Below are positions 30,229 to 40,450 of a stretch of 64,000 bases of DNA, one piece after another. This stretch comes from Polyangiaceae bacterium. Its GTDB lineage: Bacteria; Myxococcota_A; Polyangia; Polyangiales; Polyangiaceae. Positions within the stretch are counted from its first letter, which is position 1. Every line of letters begins with the position of its first letter. Where the stretch lies: positions 2,720,001 through 2,784,000 of the forward strand of contig CBDCTZ010000016.1 in assembly GCA_965222375.1 (NCBI GenBank), given 5' to 3'. The notes under the pieces were generated by a model that saw only the letters and a list, made by a program, of their open reading frames with translations, searched no databases and was not told the DNA's origin. A program made the position numbers and the translations under genes.

Positions 30229-30657
30229 ATGGAGATCAATGGAATAGCGCACGTCCAACTGAGCGTTGCGGACTTCAAGCGCAGTCAGGAATTCTACGCG
30301 CGTCTGCTCGCATTTCTAGGCCTCAGCCCAGTGATGGAATTCGACGGTTTCTACTATTGCGTGGGAGCTCGCACCGGCGTCGCCATATCCCAGGCAGACG
30401 AAGCGCATCGCGGCGAGCGCTTCGAGCAGCGGCGCGTGGGATTGCACCACATCTGCTTCCGAGCCCGGGAGCGCGAAGACGTCGACCGAGTTCATGAATT
30501 CCTCGTCGAAATGGGCGCAACGATCGTGCACCCACCTGAAGAAGCCCATTGGGCTCCGGGCTATTACTCCGTGCTCTTCGAAGATCCCGACGGGATCCGG
30601 CTCGAGGTCAACTACGTCCCCGGCAAGGGGCTACTGACCGACCAGAACCCCACCTAG
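30229..30657 (+). CDS. VOC/glyoxalase family protein
   Basis: IAHVQLSV; GLHHICF; GYYSVLFEDPDGIRLE. Confidence 0.9.
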   Translation: MEINGIAHVQLSVADFKRSQEFYARLLAFLGLSPVMEFDGFYYCVGARTGVAISQADEAHRGERFEQRRVGLHHICFRAREREDVDRVHEFLVEMGATIVHPPEEAHWAPGYYSVLFEDPDGIRLEVNYVPGKGLLTDQNPT

Positions 30658-30690
30658 CGAAAAACTCCGGCGGAAGCCCGCCCCTCCACC

Positions 30691-31920
30691 TTACTGATTG
30701 GGATCGATGCGGCGCACCCGCGAAGTCAGCATGTCCACGAAGTAGAGCTTCTTGTCTTCGGGGCCGATGGCGATGCCCGCGAGGGTTTTCGGCGGGAAGC
30801 CTGTTTCCAGGGTTTTGATCAGGGTGCCCGTCATGTCGAAGGCATGAATGCGGCTGGTGGCGTGGTCCGAGACGAATACGACGCCGTCGGCCACGGCAAT
30901 GCCACTGGGCGCCTCGAGGGTGCCCGCCGGGATGAAGTCCGTGATCACGGTGCCATCCACGCGGTTCTTCACAGCGAAGTTGTCCTGTACCAGCACGGTG
31001 CCGTTGACGGTACCGGTGTTGGTGTCCACAGCGGCGACGCGCTTCTTGCCCGGATCTGCGACATAGAGCATGCCGGTCGACTTGTCCAAGGCGAGGTGTC
31101 CGGGAATGTTCTCGGCGCGGACGAACTGACCCTCCAGGTGGCGGTAGAGTTCACCATCGGAGTGATCTTCGCCGCCAGGCGGGTGGGGCTCCTTGAAATC
31201 GTAGCGATCGAGGGCGCCAATCTTCCCGTTCAAGCACCAGTAGATGGCGTCCTTCTCATGCTCGATGCCCATGCACAGCGGTGTGCCGTGCAGCATGTCC
31301 AAGTGAGAACCGTTGGGTGTGAAGGTCGCCCCGGGCGGTGGCGGTGTGATCTTGCCGAAAATGTTCGGGTCGCTGGACCACCAGGTCGGGCCCATGAAAT
31401 CGAGGGGGTTGTCTTCCAAGTTGCCCGTGCGATGCTCACCACACGTTGCGAAGGTGTCACCCGGTCCGAAGGCAATCGCCGTCGGGCGGCGCATGAAGTG
31501 CCAGGCGTTCTGATCCTTCTTGATGACGGCGGTGGGTGCGGGGCCGCTGGCATCCGAGACCACCAGGACGCTGCCACCCAAGGCGCCGCAGCCCTGCTGC
31601 ACGGTCGAGGTGCAGGGAGTGCCATCGTAGAATTCGCGCAGGGTCACCCACATCTCGCCGGGGCGCATGGGGTTGAAAGCCAGGTCTGTTGCTTCCCGGG
31701 CCACTGGGGGCTCCCAGATCTCGAGGTAGGTGACCGACGCGGCCGTGCCGTCCGTGCCCAGCTGCCAGCCTGGCGCGGCCGCCTGACCGCCTCCCGCGCC
31801 TCCGGTGCCGCCCCCGACGCCGCCTGCTCCTCCCGTGGCGCCGCCTCCACTACTGCCGTCGCTTCCGCAACCGGTGGAAAGGATTAGCAAAACGGACGCA
31901 AGTAGGCTCAGGTTCTTCAT
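30691..31920 (-). CDS. Lipoprotein with beta-propeller (NHL-like) domain
   Basis: Lipobox STGC; Gly linker; PSGIAVADGVVFVSD-type blade repeats. Confidence 0.65.
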   Translation of the reverse strand: MKNLSLLASVLLILSTGCGSDGSSGGGATGGAGGVGGGTGGAGGGQAAAPGWQLGTDGTAASVTYLEIWEPPVAREATDLAFNPMRPGEMWVTLREFYDGTPCTSTVQQGCGALGGSVLVVSDASGPAPTAVIKKDQNAWHFMRRPTAIAFGPGDTFATCGEHRTGNLEDNPLDFMGPTWWSSDPNIFGKITPPPPGATFTPNGSHLDMLHGTPLCMGIEHEKDAIYWCLNGKIGALDRYDFKEPHPPGGEDHSDGELYRHLEGQFVRAENIPGHLALDKSTGMLYVADPGKKRVAAVDTNTGTVNGTVLVQDNFAVKNRVDGTVITDFIPAGTLEAPSGIAVADGVVFVSDHATSRIHAFDMTGTLIKTLETGFPPKTLAGIAIGPEDKKLYFVDMLTSRVRRIDPNQ

Positions 31921-32023
31921 GACTTGGGTCAAGTACGTGTAGTCGGTCGCCGCGGTTTCGCCAGTGAAAACCTTGCGCCTGCCAAAAATGCTGCGGTCCG
32001 CCGGAATTTACCGGGCGCCGGGG

Positions 32024-32914
32024 CTACATCGCCGGGCCTACATGCCCAGAGTGGTCTCGTCGTCGTCGCCGACTAGCCAGGGGCTGGTCGGCGACGCGCC
32101 CCTCTTCGAGTCGCACGCTGCTGTCGTGCTCGTTCATCAGGTCGGCCAGAGCCACGGACGCGGTCGTGGCGGCCAAGAGAGACCCGGCAGGAAAGAACTC
32201 GCCCAACACGCTGCTCACATGAGCTTGGCACAACACGCGCGCAGGCCGCCCGGTGTAGCCCACTCGAAAACCGAGCTCGACGGCCCCGGTGGTGACCTGG
32301 GAGTGCAGATCCATCAACTCTCCAGCCCGGCGCGCTGCCCGCAAGCCGGCCACCCGAGCCAAGATCAGCGCTCGGCCATCGTGAAAGGCCGGATCTTCGA
32401 TTTTACGCGCCGTGACCTGCTTCATGCGGATTTCCACGTGTGCCACTTCTCCCGTCCAAGCGCCCTCGGTGCCGGGCTCCGCGCCTTGGATCGCCATGCC
32501 GAGTTCCTCGATGGCACGCCACAGCAAGCGCGTGTTGCCGCGGATCATCGACAGCACATGGCGATCGATCGGCCTGAGCTGGGCCCACGCCGTTGAAGGA
32601 ACGGTCCGACCTGGACCCAGGGCGCGCTGGATCCCCTCGGGTACAGCGGTGGGATCGGGATCGAAAAGCCGCTGGAACATCTTCATCTGCCGAGGTGGCG
32701 ATTCCATCAGCGCGTTGCGTACAACCGTGCTGTCCACGACGGGTTGACTACCCGCAAGAGAGATCTTGAGCCGGGCTTCGTGGGGCGTGGCCTCCCAGCC
32801 CTCCCGGGACAGCAGCATGCCCGTGAGCCGCAGCGCACGAAGTGCGCATAGCGGCGGCCGCTCGAGCCTGGCCATATCGAGCGGGCCCTCGAAGTCGTAG
32901 AGGATGATCGTCAC
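32024..32914 (-). CDS. Nitrate-reductase-associated domain fused to degenerate MoaC-like domain
   Basis: N-term YDFE..LERPPLCALRAL..G..LSREGW..WAQLRPIDRHVL; C-term ARVAGLRAARRAGELM..LAATTASVALADLM resembles the MoaC fold. Confidence 0.6.
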   Translation of the reverse strand: MTIILYDFEGPLDMARLERPPLCALRALRLTGMLLSREGWEATPHEARLKISLAGSQPVVDSTVVRNALMESPPRQMKMFQRLFDPDPTAVPEGIQRALGPGRTVPSTAWAQLRPIDRHVLSMIRGNTRLLWRAIEELGMAIQGAEPGTEGAWTGEVAHVEIRMKQVTARKIEDPAFHDGRALILARVAGLRAARRAGELMDLHSQVTTGAVELGFRVGYTGRPARVLCQAHVSSVLGEFFPAGSLLAATTASVALADLMNEHDSSVRLEEGRVADQPLASRRRRRDHSGHVGPAM

Positions 32915-33026
32915 GATGGCTGGCCGAAGATTACCCCAGTCAGGGAGCGTGCTGGGCGCCCAATTCTCCCCAATTGGTCTTGGCGACGTGCTAACCACCG
33001 GGTGCCCACCAAGGTCGAGTTAGCTC

Positions 33027-34241
33027 ATGGACGCCCTCCACCCGAATCGAATCGTCATCCACGTGGCCGGCATCGACCGCCCGGGTGTCACAGCTCGCTT
33101 GGCGCAGATCATCGCCGAGGAAAACGCCCAGCTGGTCAACATCGGCCAGAGCGTGCTGCACGGCTATCTGACCCAGAGCGCGATTGTCGACATTCCGCCG
33201 AACTCCAACGCGCTCAGGCAGATCCTGTTCTCGGCCAGCGAGCTGGGGCTGCGCCTGGAGGTCAGCGCCTTCGAGCCGAGTCAGATCACACGGCCCGCGG
33301 CTCTGGTGCCGGGGCTGTGCGTGACCGTGCTCGGCAATCTCGCCGACGGTGCAGCCGTCGCGCGCATCACTCGAGAGATGGCAGACCGCGCCATGAACAT
33401 CTCCGAAATCCGCTCTTTGAGTGACGAAGGGTTGACGGGGCTGGAGCTGATTGCGGATCTCGGTGACAGCGCGAACGTGAACGACAAGGAGCTCTCCAAG
33501 CTGCGGGGACACTTACTCGAGTTGGGGGTTTCCCTGGGCGCCGACGTGGCGGTGCAGCGCGATGACATTTTCCGTCGCAACAAGCGTCTGGTGTGCATGG
33601 ACGTGGACTCCACCTTCGTCAAAGGCGAGTTCATCGACGAGTTGGCGGCGCTAGCTGGCGTGAAAGACCGCGTCGCGGACATCACGGCCCGCGCCATGCG
33701 TGGTGAGCTGGACTTTCGGGCCGCCCTGGCCGAGCGGGTGAAGCTGCTGGAAGGGCTGAGCTTCGAAAAGGCCAAGACCCTATCCGAAGAAGTGGAACTG
33801 ACTCCGGGCGCGGATCGTTTTGTGAAGATCCTCAAGCGGCTCGGCTTTCGAGTGGGTCTGGTCAGTGGTGGCTTCGACTTCTTCGTCGAAGAGCTCAAGA
33901 CCCGTCATGGGTTGGACTTTGCTTTTTCGAACGAGCTCGAAGTCGATGGCGGCATCATCACGGGTCGCGTGCAAGGCACGGTGGTGGACAGCGAGCGCAA
34001 AGCTCAAGTGCTCAAAGACATGGCCAAGGTCTACAAAGTACGCCTCGAGCAAACCGTTGCCATCGGCGACGGCGCCAATGACATGTTGATGCTGCAGACG
34101 GCCGGGCTGGGCATCGCGTTCCGCGCCAAGCCGAAGCTACAGGAGGTGGCTCACATGAGTCTGAACCACCACGAGCGCCTGGACACGCTGCTATTCCTGA
34201 TGGGCTTTGCGGCGCGGGACTTGGAATCCATCGCGACCTAG
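33027..34241 (+). CDS. serB: Phosphoserine phosphatase with two ACT domains
   Basis: GIDRPGVT ACT domain; HAD motifs DVDST, VSGGF and GDGANDML. Confidence 0.95.
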   Translation: MDALHPNRIVIHVAGIDRPGVTARLAQIIAEENAQLVNIGQSVLHGYLTQSAIVDIPPNSNALRQILFSASELGLRLEVSAFEPSQITRPAALVPGLCVTVLGNLADGAAVARITREMADRAMNISEIRSLSDEGLTGLELIADLGDSANVNDKELSKLRGHLLELGVSLGADVAVQRDDIFRRNKRLVCMDVDSTFVKGEFIDELAALAGVKDRVADITARAMRGELDFRAALAERVKLLEGLSFEKAKTLSEEVELTPGADRFVKILKRLGFRVGLVSGGFDFFVEELKTRHGLDFAFSNELEVDGGIITGRVQGTVVDSERKAQVLKDMAKVYKVRLEQTVAIGDGANDMLMLQTAGLGIAFRAKPKLQEVAHMSLNHHERLDTLLFLMGFAARDLESIAT

Positions 34242-34297
34242 TCCGAAGGCCCGTGCGCCGGCTGGGGATCTCGAAGCGAGTCCCTCCTCCGCAGGAA

Positions 34298-34363
34298 GGT
34301 TTTTGGGGATGTGGCGGCTCAGCGCGTCATCGAGAGTTCTTCGAGAACCGTTGCTGGGTCGCT
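34298..34363. repeat. Dispersed intergenic repeat, copy B (copy A at 11460-11527)
   Basis: Colinear match to 11460-11527, same orientation, also between convergent genes. Confidence 0.7.
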
Positions 34364-34378
34364 GCGTCTGAGTTGCGC

Positions 34379-35476
34379 TCAGCTCGGCTCGGACCAGCGC
34401 TTGGCCAAGGCGCGCATCACCGAGGGCACGACGCCGAAGTGAGCGCAGTGGTCGAGCTTGCCATTGCCCGCGTAGCCCCTGGCATGGAAGCGCCCAACCG
34501 AGAACATCTCGTGCAGCTCGAGGCCGAGGGGATCCCGTCGAAACACGCGCTTGGGCCGCCCGCCGAGGGCATGCACCAAAAAGTGGGTGGCCTCGGTGCT
34601 GGAGGCGTAGTCCGCCGTGTCGATGGCGGAGTGGCTGACGTAGAAGAACGTTTCGCCCTTGGCCGCGCGTTTGGCAAACTGCGTGAACGGGGCCAGAGCC
34701 GCTGCTTTCCGCGACGGCTCTCGAGACGCGTGCAAGCTATCGATCAGGACGACGGCGTCCACGCGTTTGCCCAGGGGTTGCTCGAGGATCTCGGCGACGG
34801 CCTCGAAGCCGCGGCTCCAACCCATCAGGGCCAAGCGCCGGACGCGCAGCAGTGTTTTGGCTCGCTTGCTGGCGTGCCTTTCCACAGACGCGATGATGCG
34901 CTCGAACAACTTTGGATCCTTGAAGGGTGGGCCATAGGCTGCGCCGATCCCCAAGCTGATCCCGAGCAGGGCAAGATCTTCGCCGCTGCGCACGACTTCT
35001 TTACGGGCGGGGCGGTGCCCGTGGAAGTGCACGACCAAGTCGAAGCTCCCGTTCGCGTCGCCTGGGCGGGTCTTGGGCCAGAGCAGCTGGCCCCGGGGAC
35101 GCATCGCGGCGAAGGGCTCGTGCCCTCCCCAACCCGGGTCCGGCGCCTCGCAAGGCAGAACGCCGCCCCGTTCTTTGGGACTGCGGGAGTACTGCAGCTC
35201 CTTGTCTGGGCGTGCATTGGGAAACGCCGGGGCCCGCGGGGACGCCTTGGGGGCTGAAACGGGCGCGGGGGGACGACTCGGTTCCAGCGGGTCGCTGAGG
35301 GGGGCCCGGGCCGCAGACGGCTGCGCCTTGGGTTGCGCAGACGGCGCTGCGGCCGAGGACGCGAGCGCAGCCGACGGGGTCGGGGAAGGGCCCGACTCGG
35401 CACATGCCGCGAGCGCCCCAACCAGGCACAGACTCGAGAGCCTTGACGAGCGCGGCCAGCGGCTGGAAACCCTCAT
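34379..35476 (-). CDS. Lipoprotein with alpha/beta-hydrolase-like domain
   Basis: LAAC lipobox; Pro-rich linker; VHFHG; GWSRG nucleophile elbow; LIDSLH; DHCAH. Confidence 0.6.
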   Translation of the reverse strand: MRVSSRWPRSSRLSSLCLVGALAACAESGPSPTPSAALASSAAAPSAQPKAQPSAARAPLSDPLEPSRPPAPVSAPKASPRAPAFPNARPDKELQYSRSPKERGGVLPCEAPDPGWGGHEPFAAMRPRGQLLWPKTRPGDANGSFDLVVHFHGHRPARKEVVRSGEDLALLGISLGIGAAYGPPFKDPKLFERIIASVERHASKRAKTLLRVRRLALMGWSRGFEAVAEILEQPLGKRVDAVVLIDSLHASREPSRKAAALAPFTQFAKRAAKGETFFYVSHSAIDTADYASSTEATHFLVHALGGRPKRVFRRDPLGLELHEMFSVGRFHARGYAGNGKLDHCAHFGVVPSVMRALAKRWSEPS

Positions 35477-35484
35477 CGCGAAAC

Positions 35485-36240
35485 ATGAAGCTATCACGCC
35501 TGCGCTCGCTGCCCTTAGTCTCCAGTGAAGAGGAATTGGAAGGGGTTGCGCCCCTCGCATTCGAACGCTGCGCCCGGCAATGTCGCGCCGGCGACCCCCT
35601 GCACAGCGGGCTCTTGCGGGTCGGGGCCTTGATAGCGCGGCATGCGCTCAACACCGCCGTGGCGCCCGGAGGGCGCGCCGCATTCGCGAGTGCATTGGCG
35701 ATTCTTGAAGACTTTGCGTCGGGCGGCGGCAGCCTGGACGCGGTCAAGAAGGCACGCAGCGAAGGCTTTGCCGCGTCGCTCGAAGCAGAGCGTCGCACGG
35801 CGGATGCCGTGCGTGCGGCTCTCGCCTCAGCGCCTCGCAAGCAACACACGGAAATAGACACCCACGCCGACGCCGTTGTCGTGCGCCAAGTGGGGCTAGG
35901 TGCCCACTATGCAGCCAGCGCCGTGCTGGTCGTTCTAGACGCTGCCGCCGAGCCCGCCGTCTTGCCCCGGGTGGTGCCTCAAGCCGCCGGCGCCGTCGCC
36001 TACCAGTCCGCGGGTTTCGGCCCGGCGCGGTCGCAGCAATTGCGCGCCTATGCCCTGGAACAGGCCGCGGTGGAAGTCGAGCGGCCGTTTTCGATTCCTG
36101 ATCACGGTCCTCGAGCCGTGGCCGTGCAGCTCTTTCACGAATTCTTGGGGGCGCACTGGAAGGACATCAGCGACGCCAATCGCGTGTTCTTCTCAGAGGT
36201 CATCGAATGGGCGCTGCCAGCCCGGGTGCGCCCGAGCTGA
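35485..36240 (+). CDS. Hypothetical helical protein (start uncertain)
   Basis: Long Ala-rich ORF filling the gap; no family recognised. Confidence 0.5.
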   Translation: MKLSRLRSLPLVSSEEELEGVAPLAFERCARQCRAGDPLHSGLLRVGALIARHALNTAVAPGGRAAFASALAILEDFASGGGSLDAVKKARSEGFAASLEAERRTADAVRAALASAPRKQHTEIDTHADAVVVRQVGLGAHYAASAVLVVLDAAAEPAVLPRVVPQAAGAVAYQSAGFGPARSQQLRAYALEQAAVEVERPFSIPDHGPRAVAVQLFHEFLGAHWKDISDANRVFFSEVIEWALPARVRPS

Positions 36241-36241
36241 G

Positions 36242-36904
36242 TCAGCGTTTGCGGGCGACGAACACGCCGTCCCCAATCGGCACCAGGCTGACGCTGACCC
36301 GCTCGTCCTTGCCGAGCTTGTCGTTCAACGCGCGGATCGCGACCGTATCCGTCTCGAGGTTTTCGGGATCAGCGACGTCGCCGCCCCACAGTGTGTTGTC
36401 CACGGCGACTAGGCCGCCGGGCCGCAACAACCGCAAGCACAGCTCGTAGTACTGTCCGTAGTTGCCCTTGTCGGCATCGATAAAGGCGAAATCGAAGCTG
36501 CCCTCGCGTCCGTCGTCGATCAGCTTCGTCAGGGTATCTAGCGCCGGGGCGAGCCGCAGGTCGATCCGCGACGCGAGGCCAGCGCGCTCCCAGTAGCGGC
36601 GTCCGATCGAGGTCCATTCCTCGTTGACGTCACAGGCGATGAGCTTCCCGTCCTCGGGCAAGACGGCTGCTACGGCAATAGCGCTATAACCCGTGAAAGT
36701 TCCGACCTCGATGGCATGCTTGGCGCCGATGGTCTCGGCCAGAAGCGCCAGGAACTGACCCTGCTCAGGCGAGATCTGCATGCGCGACATGGGCAGCCCT
36801 GCGGTTTCTGCTCGCAGCTCGGCCAGCACGTCGGTCTCTCGCGAGCTGACCCGTAGCAGGTAGTCGTAGGTTCGGTCGTCCAAACTAATGGTGCGTGTGC
36901 TCAT
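36242..36904 (-). CDS. Class I SAM-dependent O-methyltransferase (caffeoyl-CoA OMT-like)
   Basis: MQISPEQGQF; EVGTFTGYS; FDFAFIDADK; DNTLWGG; VPIGDG. Confidence 0.92.
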   Translation of the reverse strand: MSTRTISLDDRTYDYLLRVSSRETDVLAELRAETAGLPMSRMQISPEQGQFLALLAETIGAKHAIEVGTFTGYSAIAVAAVLPEDGKLIACDVNEEWTSIGRRYWERAGLASRIDLRLAPALDTLTKLIDDGREGSFDFAFIDADKGNYGQYYELCLRLLRPGGLVAVDNTLWGGDVADPENLETDTVAIRALNDKLGKDERVSVSLVPIGDGVFVARKR

Positions 36905-38247
36905 GGCTTCGTGGAGAACTTGTGTACCAGATCGAAGAGTACGCGCTGGCCCCAAGTGTAGCCATCCACGGGAATGCGCTCGTTATGACCGTGATACATG
37001 CGTGTGAAGTTCAGGTCGGCCGGCAACTTGACCGGAGAAAAGCCATATACGGTGGCTCCCATGCGCGCGTAGGCGAAAGCGTCCGTGAAGCCCGGGATCA
37101 TATAGGGAACGACCTCTCCCCCTGGGTCGTGGGTCCCGATTACGTCGCGGATGGCGTCATATAGGGGCGACCGGTCGCTGAAGGTCACACCGTCATGTTG
37201 AGTCTGCACGTTGAGGCGCACGTCCGGACCCACGATGTTTTGAACCTCGCTCAAGAAACTGCTCACGGTTTGCCCGGGAATGGTTCGGCCGTCGAGCTGG
37301 GCACGTGCCTCGGAGGGGATCACGTTCACTTTGCGGCCGGCGGAGAGCTGAGTCGGCGAAACCGTGTTGCGCAGCATGGCGCCAATGCCGCGAGCTTGAT
37401 CCGGGTTCTGCTTGTTCAAGACTTCGAGTAGCGCACCCGCCAGGCGCGGATTGAGCAAGAGGGGCAGTGCCTTGTTCTGTGGAAACGGCGCCGCGTTGGC
37501 CAGGGTGTGCAAGAAGCGCTCGACGACGTGGGTATTGTGCTGGGGCAGCCGCGCCTTGCCGAGTTTGGCGACGGCACGGGCCAACTTCACCACAGCGTTG
37601 TCGGGGTGGGGCATCGAACCGTGGCCGGGCTCGCCGGTGGCCAGAACCTCGAACCAGCAGATCCCCTTCTCGGAAACCTGTACCGGGTAGAAGCGCGTAT
37701 TGCCGAAGTGCAAAGTGTGGCCGCCCACTTCATTCAACACGAATTCCGAGCGCACTAGCTCGGGGTGCTTTTCCACCAAGAACACCGAGCCATACTCGCT
37801 GCCCGCTTCTTCGTCGGCCACGCCGCTGAAGATCAAATCTCGACTCAGCTGTGCGCTGCTGCGCTTGAGCAACACCAGCGTCATGGCGCTCATGGCGACC
37901 ATATTCTTCATGTCGATGGTGCCCCGCCCCCAAATGCAGCCTTCCTCGATCTTCGCTTCGAAGGGCGGCTGAGCCCAGTGCTCGGGATCCGCAGGCACGA
38001 CGTCCAGGTGCCCGTTGAGCAACAACGGCCCTTTGTCGCTAGCGCCCCGCAGTCGCGCCACGATGTTGGCGCGAGTCGGTGCGCTTTCGATCAGTTCGTA
38101 CTCGATGCCCGCGCTTTCGAAGAGGCGCGCCAGACGCTCCGCAGCGGGTCGCTCGTTGCCCGGCGGGTTTGTGGTGTCGATCCGAAGCAGATCCCGAAAT
38201 AGCTCGACGGACTCCCGGTTCGCTTGCTCCCAGTCGACGTCCTTCAT
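36901..38247 (-). CDS. M20/M25/M40 family metallo-peptidase
   Basis: IDTTNPPGNE; GHLDVVP; WGRGTIDMK; ADEEAG; HGHNERI. Confidence 0.92.
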   Translation of the reverse strand: MKDVDWEQANRESVELFRDLLRIDTTNPPGNERPAAERLARLFESAGIEYELIESAPTRANIVARLRGASDKGPLLLNGHLDVVPADPEHWAQPPFEAKIEEGCIWGRGTIDMKNMVAMSAMTLVLLKRSSAQLSRDLIFSGVADEEAGSEYGSVFLVEKHPELVRSEFVLNEVGGHTLHFGNTRFYPVQVSEKGICWFEVLATGEPGHGSMPHPDNAVVKLARAVAKLGKARLPQHNTHVVERFLHTLANAAPFPQNKALPLLLNPRLAGALLEVLNKQNPDQARGIGAMLRNTVSPTQLSAGRKVNVIPSEARAQLDGRTIPGQTVSSFLSEVQNIVGPDVRLNVQTQHDGVTFSDRSPLYDAIRDVIGTHDPGGEVVPYMIPGFTDAFAYARMGATVYGFSPVKLPADLNFTRMYHGHNERIPVDGYTWGQRVLFDLVHKFSTKP

Positions 38248-38388
38248 CGCGATCTCCCGTACTGGCGCAGCCATTCTCACTGCAGTGACGAGTCGTTTCG
38301 GGGTTGCGGACCCGAAACCCGAGGGTGGGGCCCTGCTGCGCTGTTTGGCAACACAAGGCGAGTCCACCGATTCGACAGAATCGATGTA

Positions 38389-39180
38389 CTAGACCAGCAG
38401 CTCGCCTGTAAAGACGGTCACGGCGCGGCCCACGAGGACGACCCGCTCACCGCGAAGTTCCGTAGCTACCCGGCCTCCTCGAGTCGAGGCCTGGTAGCCC
38501 CGCAGCGACGTTGGCCCGAGCTTACCGCTCCAATAGGGAGCCAGGACGCAGTGGGCGGAGCCCGTGACGGGGTCTTCGTCCACACCCGAGCCCGGTGCGA
38601 AGAAGCGCGAGACGAAATCCGTGTCCTTCATCGAGGCTCGTGCGGTGACGATGACCCCCCGCGCGTCGACGCTTCGTAGCTTTGGGTAGTCGGGCCGGAG
38701 CTGGCGCAGCGCCGCCTCGGACTCGACTTCCACCAAGTAGTCGAAGCGGCTGCGTCCGACCCAAAGCGCCTGCGTTCCTAGCGCCGCCAACAGACCCTCG
38801 GGGGCGTCGGCTTCCTCAGGGGGAAGCGCGGGGAAGTCCAAGCTGATGCCAGCGCTCGAGCTCTCCGCGGACAGCCGGCCACTCTTGGTCGCGAAGCGCG
38901 CTGGTTGTTCCGCCGATAGCAGCCCGCGCTGCCAGAGCACGTGAGCGCTGGCGAGGGTGGCGTGGCCACACAGTTCGACCTCCACATTCGGTGTGAACCA
39001 ACGCAGGCCGAAGCCGTCATCCTGGCGGAGCAGAAAAGCGGTTTCTGACAGGTTCATCTCCGCGCCGACGCACTGCATCCAATCGGCGGGTCGCTTTCGA
39101 TCGAGGATCACCACGGCGGCCGGATTGCCCGAGAAGGGCCCATCGGCAAAGGCATCGACCTGATACAGCTCAAGGGGCAT
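38389..39180 (-). CDS. PhzF family isomerase/epimerase
   Basis: QVDAF..FSGNPAAV; EMNLSETAF; EVELCGHATLA; EDPVTGSAH. Confidence 0.93.
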   Translation of the reverse strand: MPLELYQVDAFADGPFSGNPAAVVILDRKRPADWMQCVGAEMNLSETAFLLRQDDGFGLRWFTPNVEVELCGHATLASAHVLWQRGLLSAEQPARFATKSGRLSAESSSAGISLDFPALPPEEADAPEGLLAALGTQALWVGRSRFDYLVEVESEAALRQLRPDYPKLRSVDARGVIVTARASMKDTDFVSRFFAPGSGVDEDPVTGSAHCVLAPYWSGKLGPTSLRGYQASTRGGRVATELRGERVVLVGRAVTVFTGELLV

Positions 39181-39268
39181 GACCGGCAGCATAACGCGGT
39201 CCTGCACAGATGGGAGCGAAGGCGGCTTCGCTTTGACCTGAGGCTCCCTTTCCGTCACCCTTGTCCGC

Positions 39269-40450
39269 ATGCGGGTCGTGGCAATTGCGAGTGGGATCCT
39301 GATTGCTGCCGCGTGCAGCGCTAGCTCCGATGACGGCAGTGGGGTGGCCGGAGGCGGGGGCAACGGTGGCGGTGCTGCCTCGGGAACGGGCGCGACCAGC
39401 GGAAGCGGTGGCGGTATCGTCATCAACGACGGTGGCAGCGCCGCTGCGGGGGGCACCCTCGGCGACGCAGCTTGCGCGACCAGCACCATCAACGGTGAGC
39501 GCACGCCCCTCGACATGTACATCGTCTTCGACCGTTCAGGCTCGATGGGCGGTACCCTGTGGACGTCGACTAAGCAGGCGTTCCTCACCTTCATTGGATC
39601 ACCCGACACGGTGGGGATCGGTGTGGGCCTGCAGTTCTTCCCCCCCGGCACCGGCTCCGGGGCCAACTGCAACTTGCCGCCTTGTCCCGTTGGTTGCATT
39701 CCTTTCGGCCCCCTGTGCGTTCCGGCCGGAGATGAAGGCTGCTTGATCAACGACTACAAGCCGCCTTCGGTGTTCATCGAGCAATTGCCGGCCGTAGCGC
39801 CCAAGATCACCGCCGCCCTCAACGGTACGTCCCCGGGTGGCGGCACTCCAACGCTTCCTGCAATGCAGGCCGCAGCGCAGTCCGTCAGCGCTTACGCCGC
39901 ACAAAACCTTGATCGCAAGGTCATCATCGTGCTTGCGACGGACGGCAACCCCAACGACTGCAATAGCGACATCCCATCCGTGGCGAACGTTGCGAGTGCC
40001 GCAGCGGCTGGCAGTCCTCCCGTTCAGACCTTCGTCATCGGCATCAACAACACCGGCGTCAACATCAGCGGTCTCGACCAGATCGCGGCCGCTGGCGGCA
40101 CCAACAAGGCCTTGGTCGTCCAGCCTGCCAATGCGGGCAAAGAGTTCTTGGACGCGATCAAGAAGATCCAGGGACAAGCACTGGGCTGTACCTTCAAGGT
40201 GCCGACTCCGCCCCCAGGCGAGACCCTCAATCCCAATCAGGTCAACGTCTACTACACGCCTGCTTCTGGCAGTCCCCAGCTCATCTACAAGGTCGACAAC
40301 GCAGCCGCCTGCGATCCGACTCAGGGCGGCTGGTACTACGGCAGTCCGAAAGAGATCGTGCTCTGCCCCGCGAACTGCACGGCCATCGAAGGCACCAAGG
40401 GCGAAATCCGGATCGAGTTGGGCTGCGCCTCGGTCACGCCGCCTAGGTAA
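39269..40450 (+). CDS. vWA domain lipoprotein
   Basis: AAAC lipobox; Gly linker; MIDAS DRSGSM; GTPT; LATDG; Cys-containing C-terminal domain. Confidence 0.85.
   Translation: MRVVAIASGILIAAACSASSDDGSGVAGGGGNGGGAASGTGATSGSGGGIVINDGGSAAAGGTLGDAACATSTINGERTPLDMYIVFDRSGSMGGTLWTSTKQAFLTFIGSPDTVGIGVGLQFFPPGTGSGANCNLPPCPVGCIPFGPLCVPAGDEGCLINDYKPPSVFIEQLPAVAPKITAALNGTSPGGGTPTLPAMQAAAQSVSAYAAQNLDRKVIIVLATDGNPNDCNSDIPSVANVASAAAAGSPPVQTFVIGINNTGVNISGLDQIAAAGGTNKALVVQPANAGKEFLDAIKKIQGQALGCTFKVPTPPPGETLNPNQVNVYYTPASGSPQLIYKVDNAAACDPTQGGWYYGSPKEIVLCPANCTAIEGTKGEIRIELGCASVTPPR

Noticed and set aside
36242..39180. Phenazine or secondary-metabolite cluster (PhzF, O-methyltransferase, peptidase)
   Set aside because: No phzB/D/E, PKS or NRPS core genes; these families are common stand-alone genes.
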